Shown: positions 51,961 through 52,132 of the stretch, one piece after another | Layout: every line of letters begins with the position of its first letter | Position numbering within the stretch: the stretch's first letter is position 1 | DNA from: Octopus bimaculoides | Lineage: Eukaryota | DNA length: 52,132 nt | Assembly (NCBI RefSeq): GCF_001194135.2 | Contig: NC_068981.1 | Coordinates: forward strand, 180,459,835-180,511,966 | Direction of reading: 5' to 3' | Translations under genes and position numbers: made by a program | Notes under the pieces: model-generated | Seen by the model: only the letters and a program-made list of their open reading frames with translations | Database searches by the model: none | What the model was told of the DNA's origin: nothing

Positions 51961-52132
51961 CTAATTTGAATAGGATATTTCTTTATAAAAAGATATTAAA
52001 CTATGTGAAACGAAGGCATTTCTCTTTCACTTTTTATATATGTTTTCCACATATTTCCAACTCATAATTTTGCCACTTGGTGTATACTAAATCTCCAGCA
52101 TTTTTGCTCCTGTTTTATATATATATATATAT

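Overview
AT-rich, microsatellite-dense eukaryotic scaffold with 12 N-gaps. The tRNA-derived SINE families resemble those I recall from Octopus, so an octopod origin is an inference. No complete protein-coding gene is recognisable, and nearly all supplied ORFs are microsatellite, gap or transposon artefacts. The window holds about 18 SINE copies, decayed Penelope-like elements (two with hammerhead-like motifs), RTE, CR1/L2 and R4/Dong LINE fragments, a mariner remnant and a mariner MITE. A few minus-strand exon candidates lie at 2.6-16.7 kb. The main unexplained structure is a degenerate local array at about 19.7-47.0 kb of a modular 1.5-4 kb non-coding unit. About 7 copies run forward (19.7-34.8 kb) and about 5 run inverted (35.6-47.0 kb). 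The unit carries a TTATGACGTCATAA palindrome at fixed spacing from a GGGAAAT motif, and a cassette closed by a 25-28 bp inverted repeat flanked by GA and CT tracts. Repeat boundaries are read by eye and approximate to about 10-20 bp.
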